Positions 8,817 to 21,131 of a DNA stretch of 64,000 bases are shown one piece after another. The stretch is from Rebecca billardiae RCC1528 (Eukaryota > Protista > Haptophyta). The stretch is from positions 3,410,001 to 3,474,000 of the forward strand of contig OZ251225.1 of the NCBI GenBank assembly GCA_965240325.2, in the 5' to 3' direction. A program made the position numbers and the translations under genes. The notes under the pieces are model-generated. The model worked only from the letters and a program-made list of their open reading frames with translations. It made no database searches and was not told the origin of the DNA. The first letter of the stretch is position 1. Each line of letters begins with the position of its first letter.

Positions 8817-11800
8817 ATGGAGCGCCGTCCGTCGCTGCGGACGCGGCGACTGTCTGCGACCGCCTTAGGCCTAGTCTCGTGGCGGTCGGAGCCCAGCCTG
8901 GAGCAGCTCTTGCTCGTCACGGACCCGGGGCCTGACCCAGACGATGTGAAGGTGCGCGCGCGCCAAACTGCCGCACAGCCTGCAGCCGCCTCTGGCAGTG
9001 CAGCATGCATTTGCGGGGCGGAGGCGCGGCAAGGGGGCGCTCGCCGGGGCACGCGCGTCCACTGGACTCACCACGGTGGTACGCGCACCCGCCGTGCCCA
9101 CCTGACGCGCCCGCAGGCACTCGTGATCGCCGCGGTGCTCTCGCACGAGAAGCAGATCGACCTGCGCGCCGTCATCGCGAATGGCGGCCAGCAGCCGCGC
9201 GAGCGCGCGGCGCTGGCCAGGTGCATCTTGGATCAGATGGGAGAGCACTCGATCCCCGTCGGCGTCGGCTCAGAAGGTCGCGCGTACGACGCACAGCCGC
9301 ACGAGTACTCGCTGGACGGCTTTGATCTCGTCGACCGAGCGGCGCTGCCGGACGGGCATGAGCTGATGCTGCAGACGCTGCGCAGCGCGCCGCCGCTGGG
9401 GCTCACGCTCGTGTGCATCTCTTCGCTGCGCGACCTCGCCGACGTGATGGACGCGCACCCCGACCTCGTCGTCGAGAAGGTCAAGACGGTCGCCATCATG
9501 GGCGGCCTCGAGCCGTGCGACAGCGCGCCGTCCGGCTGGCGGCCCGACACGAGCGTGAACAACGAGTTCGACCCGGAGGCTGCCGCGGCGGTGTACGCCT
9601 TCTGCTTCGAGCACGGTGTGCCCATGGCCATCGTCTCGCGACACGCCGTCCCGCTCCTGCCCATGCAGGTGCGCGCGCAGCCGCGGGCTGAGAGCGGAGT
9701 GCGACCGCGCCGCGCGCGCGCGCGCGCGCCGCCCCAAGCCGTGCGCCGACGCTCACCCCGCGCCGCGCGCCCTGCCGCGCGTGCGCCGCGCGCCCGCGCC
9801 CGCGCGCGGCGGGCAGCTCGCAAAGTCCTTCGCCGAGCGCACGGAGTGCCCGCTCATGCGCTACCTCGCCGACGCGCAGTTCCTCGGCCTCGAGGGGCTG
9901 TGGAAGAAGCTGTGCGCGGGGAAGCTGCCCGCGCGCTGCACCAAGCAGTGGTACTTCGAGACGTTCTGCGGCGTGGGCGCGGCGCGGTTCGCCGCGCGCG
10001 GGTACGAGGCGCTGGACGAGGACGAGGACATCGTCGCGCACCTCAACGGCTTCGTCAAGCCGTACGACGTGATCTGCATGATGACGGTGCTGCCGGCGAC
10101 GCGCGCCTACTTCGCCGAGTTTGGCGGCTCCAAGTTCGAGCACAACGGCGCGGAGCACCTGCTGCTGCTCGAGCCGGAGCACACGATCGACGTGCAGTAC
10201 GTGCTGCACCTGCTTCGCAACACGTACCACGCCGCCGTCCTCGCCGTCGCCGAGGCGGCCGGGCTGCCGCGCGCGCGCGACGCGGACTCGCGTCTGCGCG
10301 CGTCGGTCAGCCTGGCGAGCGGCACGGCGCACTCGGCCATCACGCTCGCCACGGCGTCGGCCTCGCGCCAGTTCCGGGTGGACCAGTCGCCGCCGCTCTC
10401 GCCGTGCTCGCCCGGGTACTCGCCGCTCGGAGGCACCTCGCCCGGCGTCGGCGGCTCGCCGTGCGGCTCGCCGCCGACCTCTGCTCACGGCGCGTCGCCG
10501 GGCCTCGGCTCAGCGGAGCAGAGCGAGGCGCAATCGCAGGGCGGAGACAGCGAGCGGCGCGGGAGCGAGTGCAGCGAGCGGCGCGGGAGCGAGTGCAGCG
10601 GCGGGGCCGAGCATGCGAGCGGCGGCAGCGCACTCGCTGCCGGCGCCGAGCTGACACGCGCGCAGCTGCCCGCGGATGAGGCTGGCGCCGACGGCGGCGG
10701 CGCGGGCGGCGGCGCGGCTTGCTCGAGCGGCGCCGGCGGCGCGGCCGGCGCACAGGCTGATCCCGGCTCTTTCGGGCTGGGCTGCCGCGCTCGCGCGCGC
10801 TGCGAGAGCAGCAGCAGCCCCCTCTCCGACCGCAGGCGCAGCGGCAACGCCCCCGACCTCGCCCCGAACCCGACCGGCATCTCGGGCGAGCGCGTGCTGA
10901 TTCGGCCGGCGCCGAGCGTCGCGCCGCCCCTGCCCACCGACCTGTCGCCGCTGCGCACGCCGCTGCGGGCTGCCGATGGCTCGCTCGGCGCGCGCCGGCC
11001 CGACTCGCTGCGCGTGCCCCCGCGCACACGGCGGCGCAGCGGGCTCGCCGAGGGGAAGGAGGAGGGCGCGCGCGAGGGCGGCGGCGAGGCTCGCGCGCGG
11101 CGGCGCGGCGCGCGCCACGCGCGCTCGTCGTCTGGCCTGCCCTCGCCCGGCGGCGGTCTCTCCTCGTCCGAGCTCTCGAGCTCGTCGGACACGGGCGGGC
11201 CCTCGTCGCCGGAGGTCCTCGCGCGCCGCGCCTCGCGCGGCGGCGCGCGCGCGCGTGCCGCCGCCGCCGCCGCCGCCGCGCCGAGCGCCGACCGAGCAGA
11301 GGGGCAGCAGCTGGGGGCGGCGCCGCCCAACGGCGAGCCGCGGTGGGCGCAGCCTGCGCCAGGGCTCCTGCTCCGCCGCTCCGTCTCCGACCTCGGGCGG
11401 CAGGCGGTGTCCGACCTCGGCCGGCTGGGCGCGGTGCGCACGGCGACGCGCTTCGTGAGCAAGCTCACCATCGCCACGCAGCCGCTCGGCGGCGGCTCCT
11501 CCCGCCGAGGCCGCGGCGTCGCTGACTACCTAGCGCGCGCGCTGGACGACGCGCACAGGCGCGACGCGCGCGTGACGGCGGCCACGTCCGCGCTCGGCGG
11601 CGCGCTGCTGCTGGTCGCGCTCGGGGCCGAGCTCGCGTTCTCGGGGGCGCGCGCCGACGCGGCGTGCGCGGCGCACGCGCCGGGCGCGAGCCCCGCGCCG
11701 TCGTGCGACCGCGCCGCGCTCGGCGGCGCGAGCGTCGCGGCCGGCGCGGCCGCGGCGCACGCGGCCCTGCGTCTCGGCCGGCTGGTGGCTCTGGCGCTGC

Positions 11801-13776
11801 TGCTGCTCTCGCTGCGGCCGCACGAGGGGCACGCGGTGCGCGTGCGCCGGTGCGCCGCGCTCGGCGCGGGCGGGGCCGGCGTCGGCGCCGCCATGGCCGT
11901 CGAGCCCGCGCGCGCCGCCGCCGCGCTGGCGCGCGCGGCGCTGGGCGGCGACGGCGCGGCGCGCGGCGCGCGCCTCGGCGCGTGCGCGGCGGTGGGAGCT
12001 GCCGAGCACGTCACCGAGCTGATGGTGTGCCTCGGCGCGGCGCTCGCGCTCGGCGCGGACAGCATGGGGCTGCCCGAGCGCCGGCGCACGCGCGTGGTCC
12101 TCGGCCAGCTCTGGCGCTCGCTCGGCGCGTGCGCGATCGCCAACGCGTGCGCCACCTCGCTCGGCGCGCTCGCGCGCGCGGCGCTCTGTGTTCGCACGGC
12201 GCGCGGCGCGGCGTGGGCGTTGGCCGCGCTCGCGGCGAGCGGCGCGACCGCGCTGCTCGGCTCGGCCGCGCTGCTGCCCGCGCTGCAGCAGGCGCTGCCC
12301 TCCGCGCTCGCGCGCGCGACGGGCGCCGCCGGCCTCCGCGCCTCCACCGCCGCGCTCATCGGCTTCGGCACCGCGCACGAGTGTGAGCCTGACGAGGTGG
12401 TCGCTGAGGCGGCGCTCTCGTTCAAGGCTGTCGCGCTCGACGAGCAGACGCTGCAGCAGCTGCCCGTGCTGCAGCGCGCGCCGGGCACCTCGCTCTCGCC
12501 CACGCTCACCACCGAGCGCTCGCGCGCCGCCGCCGCGCGCCGCGCCGCCGCCGCGCAGCACGAGTGGCAGCTCGGCTCGCTCGGCGCGCCCTCGTGGCGG
12601 CTGCTGCTGAGTGTCCCTGCCGGCCTGCTGGCTGAAGCGGCGGCGGACGGCGCGGCGCGGCTGCGCGGCGCGATGCTCGGCCTCGCGCTCGGCTGGCGGG
12701 ACGACGGGGCTGGCGCCGGCGCGGCGGAGGGCGGCGCGGCGGACGGCCTCGCGGCCGACAAGCGCGGCCCCACCGCCGCCGCCGCCGCCGCCGCCGCTGC
12801 CGCCGGGTGCAGCCTGCCCGGCACGCCGGGCGGCGCCGGCCCGCGCATGGGCCGTCGCATGAGCGCGTGCGCGCACCTGCCGCCGTCGGCTTCCTCGCCC
12901 TCGGCGCAGGTGCTCGCGGCGCCGCCGTTGCTGCAGCGCGCGTCGAGCGACCTGAACGCGCTGCCGCCGTCCGAGCGGCGCGCGCGCATGTCCGAGGTGC
13001 GCATGCCGCTGCCCGCCGCGACGGGCGGGCCCGCCGCCTCGTCGGCGCGCGCGCCGCCGCCGATGCCGAGCCGCGAGCGCGTCGACGCATACGTGGTGCA
13101 CTCGTGGGACGACGACAGCGAGACCAAGCTGCGCGCGCTGACGCGGTGGGCGCGCGGCTTCGAGGGCGCGCACGGCCGGCCGCCGCGCGTGTGGCTCGAC
13201 GCCGCGTGCGCCGACCCGAGCCTGCTCTCCGTCGAGCGCCTGTCGCACGTGCCCGCGTACATGGCGCGCTGCCGGCGGCTACTCGTGCTGATGGGGCCGA
13301 CGCTCGCCGACCAGCTGTGGGCGGTGGCGGAGCTCTTCACGTGGCGCGTGATGGGCGGGCGGCTGGAGGCGGTGGAGGTGGTGCCCGTGACGAACGACGC
13401 GGCCGAGCGCGCCGCGGTGCTCGCCAGCCTCGACGCCTTCCACGCCATGTGGGCCAAGGCCCCGTCCGCGCACTCGGCGCGGCCACTCGTGCAGCTCGTC
13501 GAGCTGGCGGGCGTCTCACAGTTCAACGAGGTCGTGCGCGGCTACATGCCCACCGTGCGCGACGCGCTCGCGGCGGAGGCGCGGGCGGCCGCGGCGGCCG
13601 AGAGCGCGCGCGCCGCGCGCGCACCGGCGGGCGCGGCGTCCTCGCCGCTCCCCCAGCGGGCGTACCCGCAGGGCCAGAAGCCCTTCGCCGAGCAGCGCAC
13701 CGTCGGCGCCGACGCCGACGTGTCGTCGCTCGTCGCCGTCCGACCCGACATCAAGATCGTCGTCGGCAACCAGTGA
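8817..13776 (+). CDS. fusion protein: inosine-uridine nucleoside hydrolase-like domain + low-complexity linker + multi-pass membrane region + TIR/HET-like C-terminal domain; introns 8952-9116 and 9669-9816
   Basis: NH motifs VTDPGPDPDD, VIANGG, LVCISSLRDL, IMGG, NNEFDPEAA, KPYD. The 148-nt intron joins ORF 8769 to ORF 9616 in frame (PMQ|LAKSF). Hydrophobic helices lie at ~11590-12370. C-terminal YVVHSW...VWLDAAC...VPAYMARCRRLLVLMGPT..QLWAVAELF. Confidence 0.8.
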
Positions 13777-14581
13777 GCGGCTCTGCCTCTGACCCGGCGT
13801 GACCCGGCGGACATTCCTGACGATGGGGCCGCCCCACGCGGGCCGTCGTCAGGTGTGAGGAGTCGGCGAGACCGGCGCCAGAGCCCACGGACCGTTGCCG
13901 TAGGCGGCGAGTACCGGCGTACCGGTAGGTCGTACAGACAGTACTCAGTCTCAGTAGTACTAGACCTAGTAGACTACTCGTTGAGTAATAGTACTAGTTC
14001 TAGACCTGCTAGCACTGTAGCAGTACTCGATCATCAGCACTACTGTCCGGGAAGTACGGTTCACTCGGAGTGACTCCGGGATGATGAGCGGATATCGGTG
14101 CATGCCCTGATGGGCCTGGCGGATCAGCCATATCATCAGGCAGCGCGATAATATCCGGTACTCAGTCACGGAGTGACGGTTGACTGCTGATTATAGCTAG
14201 GTCATAGGTGACGACTCGGTTTACTGGCCGCTATAATAAGTCGTCAGCGGTCAGTGCCCCGCGCCGCCATGAATGTCCGTGACTACAGCAGTCTCGGCGC
14301 CGCGGCGGGTATCATACTACATTCATTGGGAACGGACGGCAGAGCCGGGCTGCGACGCCGAGGTGTCATCGGCGGAGCGTCGATCGACTGACAATGCTGA
14401 CAGAGCTTGACAGCCGGCTCAGCCGGCACGGGCTGGCAGCGAGTGAGCGACAGCGTCACAGGCTCCGAGCCCGAGGCCCGTGTGGCACGGCGGCACAGTC
14501 ATACGGGACGGCCCAGCAATCAATGTCGATGGGCGTCACGGCAAGCATGCGGCCAGTGAGCAGCAATCTGGCGACACCCTG

Positions 14582-15175
14582 TCACGCGGCGGGCTCGTCG
14601 GTAGGAGCCAGTCCTGCACGTGCGTCGTCTGCTGGCGGCGACACCAGGGAGCCAGAGAGCACGGATGTTGGAGCCAAGAGCTCGCCACTGCCTTGGGCAC
14701 GAGGCAGCTTCTGCGCGGCGAGCGCTCCCGCACGTGGCCTGGGCCGCAAGCTATATCGGCCTCCATTGGCATTCGGCGGCGGGGGGGCTGGTGAGGGGCC
14801 TCGCATGTCGCCGTCAGCTGCCATCGCAGCGGGCGCCAGCTTTGGCGCACCGGTGAGTGGTGCAAGAGCGCCCGTCTTTGCCTTCGGGGTGGCGAGGCGC
14901 ATGCGCATGAGCGCGTCACTTGGGGATGGCATGGATATCGCGTCGATCCCCTTGTCGAGCGGCTCCAGCACGCTGCCACGGTGGTGCTGGCTCGGCGTGT
15001 TTGCCATGTGCATCTCTGTCTGCCATGACATTGAACTCGTGGGCACCTCGCGCGGAGCGGGCACTTGAACGTCCAGCTGCGGCAGCGTGCGCTTGCGCTT
15101 GTGTGACGGGTGTTCACCAGCAGGTGGCGAGCTCCCCATTTGCAGCGGGTCGCCGGCGGGCTGCACGCCCGCCAT
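14582..15175 (-). CDS. hypothetical disordered protein (basic HKRKR and RYSLRPR motifs)
   Basis: ORF 14582..15247, likely ATG at 15175; head-to-head with the LRR gene. Confidence 0.5.
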   Translation of the reverse strand: MAGVQPAGDPLQMGSSPPAGEHPSHKRKRTLPQLDVQVPAPREVPTSSMSWQTEMHMANTPSQHHRGSVLEPLDKGIDAISMPSPSDALMRMRLATPKAKTGALAPLTGAPKLAPAAMAADGDMRGPSPAPPPPNANGGRYSLRPRPRAGALAAQKLPRAQGSGELLAPTSVLSGSLVSPPADDARAGLAPTDEPAA

Positions 15176-15415
15176 CGGGCCGGCCTCGAGCAAGCCGCGG
15201 GGCAGCCCGCAGCTCTTTTGACGCACGCCTGTCCTTCCAAGGTTCACGCCCGCGGCGCCCGGCCGGATGTTCGTCGTCGAATCGATCCCAGGCCGCCGGA
15301 TAAGTAATTGCGGATAATTCTATGGCGCGTGATTTGTTGGCGCCATTTTAATTGCTGCGCGCGCCCTTTTTTATTTTTTTCATGCAATCGCGACCGTTGC
15401 CGAGCAGCCATCAGC

Positions 15416-17589
15416 ATGGCCGAGTCGCTCAGCGATGACGAGTCGCACAACGATGCCATACGTGGGGCATCTACGACAGCCGAGGTGACGGACGGGCTCA
15501 TGCTGGAGTACTCAGGCGAGGACAGCGTTGAGAATATTCGCGAGCTCGTGCTCCGCGACCTCGGCATCGTTGACATGGGTCCCGCCATGCGGGTGCGCGC
15601 GAGCGACAGGCGCCCGTGCGCACGTGCAGAGGTGCTCGGAGCCGTCTCGTCGAATCGCGGGGCGTGCCCGCTCGGCGTGAAGGCCTAGCTCTGCACGCCT
15701 TCTCTCTCCCTCCCGCCCCGCCCCCCCTTCCCCCCACTCCCCCATCAGCCGCACCTTGCTGACCGCTGCGCCCCACGCTGCCACCTGCGCATTATGTGCG
15801 CTGCTCGTACGCGCGCAGCGCCTGTGCCGCATCGAGGTCCTCTCGCTCTCACACAACCGGTTGCAGGCTCTGCCGGCGTGCATCTCGATGCACGCGCTCA
15901 CCGATCTCAACATCAACTTCAACCGCGTGACTTCGCTCGCCCCGCTCGCGCACTGCCGCGCGCTCGAGCGGCTGTTTGCCTCGAGCAACAAGCTGAGCTC
16001 GCTCGCGCCGCTCCGGCAGTGCACGAGGCTGCGTGAGCTCTGCGCGTTCCGCAACGTGCTGCCGTCGCTGAGCGAGTGCATCGAGGTGCTCCGCCAGCTC
16101 CCGGACCTCGTGAGCCTCGAGCTTGGCTCCAACCCGTGCGCCCTCGGCGAGCCGTACCGCCACGAGCTCGTGCACGCGCTGCCCAACCTGCGCGCGCTCG
16201 ACGGGGACGGCCTCGCCGAGCTCGACCGCGAGCTGAGCGCCGAGCACGTGGAGCGCCAGCCCGGCGGCCAGGCGTTGTGGGAGCGGTGCGCGCGCGCGCG
16301 CTCGGAGGCGGCACGGCGCGCGAGCCGAACACCCACGCAGCCCGCGCGCCCTGCCGCAACCCGCGCTCCGCCCCGCGCGCAGGCATGGGTCGGTGCTGGC
16401 GGCGCGAGCCGAGAGTGCTGCGCGCGGGGCCGGCGTCGGCGCCGCGGCGGCCGGCAGACCGGTGACCGCACCGGTGCAGCCGCGCTGTGCGCGAGGCATC
16501 GAGCCGAGCGCCGAGACGGCCGCGTGCCTCTCGGCCAGCGCGGCCCAGCACACGTCGGCAGCGCGCCCGCAGACGGCTGCGGCGACGGCCGGGCCGAGGC
16601 CGCGGCCGGGCGTTGGCCCGCGCCCGCCCGCAGCCGCGCAGGCCCGAGCGGCGCGTGCGGGATCGGTCGACCGCGCGCACTCGCTCGAGTCGATCGTCGA
16701 GCTGCCGGGGCCCGCAGAGCCACCCGCGCGGAGCGCGCACGCCGATGTGCTCACGCTCGACGGCGATGCGGACGGCGCGCGCGATGCTTCGCTCACGCCG
16801 CGCCACGCTGGCGCCGAGGAGAACGTGCACGCGTCTGCCAACCGTGCGCCGGTCGCGGCGAATGGCGCGCACCCGCTCCTCGCAGAGTTCGAGGCGAAGG
16901 CGCTGCTCGCCGAGCACAGTGCGCAGCGCACGGCGCGCGCGCGCGCCGAGGGGGTGCCCACGCCGTCAGCCGCGCAACTCTCGGCGCGCGGAAGCGCTGG
17001 CGATGGCGCCGAGGCCGAGGGCGGCGGCGTGGGCACGGCGCTTGCTGACGCGCTGTCGCTGCGGCGACCAGCGGCGGAGCGGCTGCGGCTGATCGCGGCG
17101 ACGAGCGCAGCCGCAGGGGGTGGGCGGGCGTCGCCCGCCCGCCCGCGCTCGACCGCCACGGCTGGGCGATCGGGCGGGCCGACGGCTCGGAGCTGCGCTC
17201 CCGCGCTGTCCGCAGCTGGCGCGGACGGCGCAGACGAGGACGGCGCAGACGACTCGTCGACTGTGATCCGCCGGCTCGTCTCGCTCGTGCAGGAGGTGGC
17301 CGCAGAGCGCGACGTGCTCCAGCGGCAGCTGCGCGCGCGCGAACCAGCGGCCACGCCAGCATCGACCGTCGCCGCCGGAGCCGAGGCCGGCGTGCCCGCC
17401 GGCGCCCGGCCGGGCACGGCCAGCTCGGACACGCCGGGTGGTGGCGGCGGGCTGTCGCAGGCAGAGCGCGCGGAGCTCGCCCGGCTGCGCGCGGAGAACG
17501 CCAACATGTGGGGGCTGCTCGACGAGAACCGCCGGCTTCGCGCGCGCCTCAAGGCTGTGGCAGGACTGCCCGAGACGGCAGATGATTGA
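15416..17589 (+). CDS. SDS22-like leucine-rich repeat protein with C-terminal coiled coil; introns 15593-15818 and 16286-16382
   Basis: LRRs (IEVLSLSHNRL, LTDLNINFNRV, LERLFASSNKL, LVSLELGSNP), LRRcap YRHELVHALPNLRALDG; the two GT-AG introns join three ORF segments in frame. Confidence 0.8.
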
Positions 17590-18490
17590 TCTGATCATGT
17601 GCTGAGGCGTAGTACCGTGCTGCGAGGCCCGTTCATTAAATATCATCTGCTAATCACTGATGCCTGCCGGCCTGACGATACTGTCGATACTGTCTCGCCT
17701 GCCTTAGGAGCTGTGTGCGTCTCTTATTCTTAGTTACGTACACAAACTGTAGTCTGTACATCAGCATGACTCTCATGATGACATGAAAGCTGGTAACTAA
17801 CGTACTGATGATGATCTCACAGTCATTGATTCAAAGAAGTCAGCAGGCCGCGCTATGAAAGTAGCAATGGTGAATCTCTACCCCCATATCGGATTCTTGA
17901 GCGGAGTTGCGGTTGGATGGCTCTGAAAATGTTCGACGGCTGTATGGGGGGGTACTCATTCTATGATTTAACGACACAGGTTGGACTAATTCTCTGATTT
18001 GAAGACGTACTGATGTTCTGCATCAGGCTCGCTTTCAGAGTTTCTGAGTCAGGCTCGAAGCAACCCGAGCCGAGGGGCGAGAAGATTCGTTGAAAGCTTG
18101 TGATACGGCTCATTTTTCAATGAATACCAAGCAGCGCGTGAAACGACACCACCTTGATGCAGCTTCAGCTTCGTTGGCTATAAAGCCCAACGATGCAGAG
18201 ATTCTGCGCACCACCTCGTGCTACCCGGCGCAAGAACGCGACGAAGCGTGTTGCTAGTAGTACCTCTCTTCAAGACGAAGCGCGAATCTATGATATGGTA
18301 CTTTTCGCCTAATAGTGGCCGATGCATCTGTCCTTTGGCCGAATAGGGGAAGTTTGACGCAGCGGAACGCTGCTTGGGCGAACGAGTGTCGTAACGCGAT
18401 GTGCGCGCAACAAGGCGGACGTCAATGAAATTCCGACGTCGAATACCTGGCCGCAATAGACAAACGCGTCGCGATCTCCACGGCCACCAC

Positions 18491-18898
18491 ATGGAACGTA
18501 CTGGCCACCAAAGCATCCCGCTCAGCCGGGTCGTTCAGGAGCGGCTCCGTCGGTGCCACTACTGCGGCGAGCACCTGAACAAGGAATCTGAGCTCTACCT
18601 CCTCGCCGATGCGGTTTACTGCTGCCAGTCACACCGAGCACTCGCCGCAGCAGCGGACAACTGCGCAGGCACTTCTGACCCTGGATCACCAATCAAGGTC
18701 CCGGTCTCGACGGGCGTCGGACTTGCCGCATCACACCGGTCATGGCTCTCCCTCGATGACCTGGACTCGTGCCCATCCTCTCGCGAGTCCACCCCTGTCA
18801 ACAGCCCGAAACGGCGACCCCGCCACCAACAAGGCGGGACGGTCGCACACCCACAGCGCGAACAGCTCAGCCCCGCGAAGCGATCCTTCCTCGCATGA
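18491..18898 (+). CDS. small protein with FCS-like (FLZ/DUF581-type) zinc finger
   Basis: LRRCHYCGEHLNKESELYLLADAVYCCQSHR resembles the FLZ pattern FLxxCxxCxxxLxxxxDIYMYxGxxxFCSxECR. Confidence 0.55.
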   Translation: MERTGHQSIPLSRVVQERLRRCHYCGEHLNKESELYLLADAVYCCQSHRALAAAADNCAGTSDPGSPIKVPVSTGVGLAASHRSWLSLDDLDSCPSSRESTPVNSPKRRPRHQQGGTVAHPQREQLSPAKRSFLA

Positions 18899-20149
18899 CG
18901 GCATTCACCTGCGCGGGTTTGCGCATCGCACCATGTTCAGCACACAACACGGTTGCCGGTCGCGGTGAACGCCTCCGGCTGCATCTAGACCATGGGCCGA
19001 TCATGTCAGTCGACAGAGTGGCCGAATTCGCGGACTCTGTCGACCGGCGCTCGGACTTGTCAAAGGCGTTGCCAGTCTGAGAGTCACTGTCACAATACGC
19101 GGCGCCGTCAGCATAGTCGTCAAGCTTAATACTCGGCACTTAATCGTAACTCGCAATATGACATCCGCCGGCGATCTGTGTATGTACGGCCTCATGAATC
19201 TCCGTCGGTACTGCCAGAGTTATCTAAGACTCACGGCCGAAGTATTATAATCACGCGCGCACCGGGTCGACGACGCCGGCCGTCACGCCGGTAGGCCTCA
19301 TGATCAACTTCAAGCGGCCCGAAGTGGCCGGTGCGAGTAATAATGCCGATATTTACCGCTCGTCTAGTTATGGCGCCGAAAATCCGCGTTGCACTAGAGT
19401 ATAGTCACTAGAATGTGAGTGCGGCGCGGATTTATCACACGGTCACACGGACTCAGTCCCGCCGCCAGTAACTAGGCATCGCTCGGCGTCAGGCGGGCCG
19501 GGCCCGCGCAGGACGCGGTGCTGACGGACCGCGCGTCCGCGGCGGCTACGAAGCCTCCGTGCGACCGTGACGCAGCGGGCCGAGAAATAGTCTCAAGTCG
19601 ATTGTACTGCCGAGTGCCGGCCGGGCTCTCCAGTCAAAATCATAGAATGAGTCAGACCAAGGGCCCTTGCTCAGACTCTCCCGCGCGTCGGACTGACGCG
19701 GCCACGGGTAGTTATAGATCCGAGAAGCGGTGATGACTTCGGACCGCGGCGTATGAGCACTATACCCCGGCGTACCCCGCCTCGGACCTCAACCTCAACC
19801 TGGGACAGACAGCAGTGGGCTGCAGTGGCCTCCGATCAGATCGTAATGACTCGAAGTCGGACCGGTATACACTCGCCTAGTTACGTAACACGGTACTGCT
19901 ACCTCACTAACTCAGTACCTGTCAGTGGGGCCCCGCCGTTTGAATCAGCGACGCCGTTGCCGATTCACGGATGACGGCCCCTGAGCCGAGCGGCCTGTCA
20001 TCAGTGCCACTGCTGGGGGCAGTCTGATCACAACCGGGCGTCTTAGGAGCTCAATGACATTTTTATTATCCGGCGGGATTCAAGTCAATATATATATTAC
20101 ATCATCATAATGACCGCGTTCCGCGGTCCTTCCGTAGAACCAACGTAGT

Positions 20150-20930
20150 TAGAGGCCCGCGGTGCACCCTCCGTTGCGCCTCGTGCCGGCAGAGCGAGAG
20201 CGCGCGCCACTGCTGCGGCCCCGCCCCCCGGGCCCGTGCGCTCACTCACGGCGCTGCGCAGCCGCGCACCGAGAGGCGAGACCGAGCGCGGAGCTCGGGG
20301 TGGAACGAGGCGAGCGGCGGGTCGCGCCTGCCGCCGCGCGTGCGCGCCTGCTCCACCGCGCCACCGTGCAGCGTGCTCGCCCGCCGCCTCCTCCGCCGCG
20401 TCGGCCTCGAAGCAGCGGCGGCCAGCCAGCCGACCGAGGCTGAGCCCGTGCGTGCTCACTCACCCGGCGCGGTGGCGCCCTCGAGTCGACGGCCGTCTAC
20501 TCCACAGCTGGCTGCTCGAGCTGCTGCACGGGGCGTCGCGACGAGGGCGCCGCGCGCGCCCAGCCAGCGCGTCCGTCGCCGCGTCGCGCACGGCGCAGCG
20601 CGTCGAGCTCGGCGCCGCGCTTCCGGGCCAGCTCGGCGCCCAGCGCCTGCGCGCGCACGTGCTCCGATGCACGGCCCGAGTCAGCTGGGCGCCCGGCTGC
20701 GCGACCGAACGGGAACCGGCGCGCGTTCCACGACTGTCACTGCTCCTGCTCGTCCTCACGCTGCTGCACCTCCACGCCGCCGTCGACCGAGTTGCTAAGG
20801 AGGAGCTCGCGCTCGACGTCACGAGGAGCGAGCTCGCGTGCTCGAGCTCGCCCTTCAGCCGCGCTAGCTCCGGGCGCATCCGTTGCGTGCTCGCGGCGCG
20901 CTCCTCCTCTAGCAACGAACGAGCTTACGC
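20150..20930 (-). pseudogene. probable decayed fragment of a coiled-coil protein gene
   Basis: GC-rich coding-like patches (LEEERAA..RPELARLKGELE; ALGAELARKRGAELDALRR) are spread over different frames, interrupted by stops, with no ATG-initiated model. Confidence 0.35.
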
Positions 20931-21131
20931 GTAGTGCTCCGGACTCGGCTCGCCCTTGCGCGCTCCTCCTCGAGCGACGAACGCGCCCGCGCGGGCAGAG
21001 CCCGCGCCCGGGTAAAAAACCTGCTGTGTTCGGCCTCGGCCCTCGGGCCGCCATCCAATACCGGGTGCCGTTCGTCATAGTTCAGACTCGGCCAATCGGC
21101 AATCGGATGCGACGCATCATACTCGCCGGGA

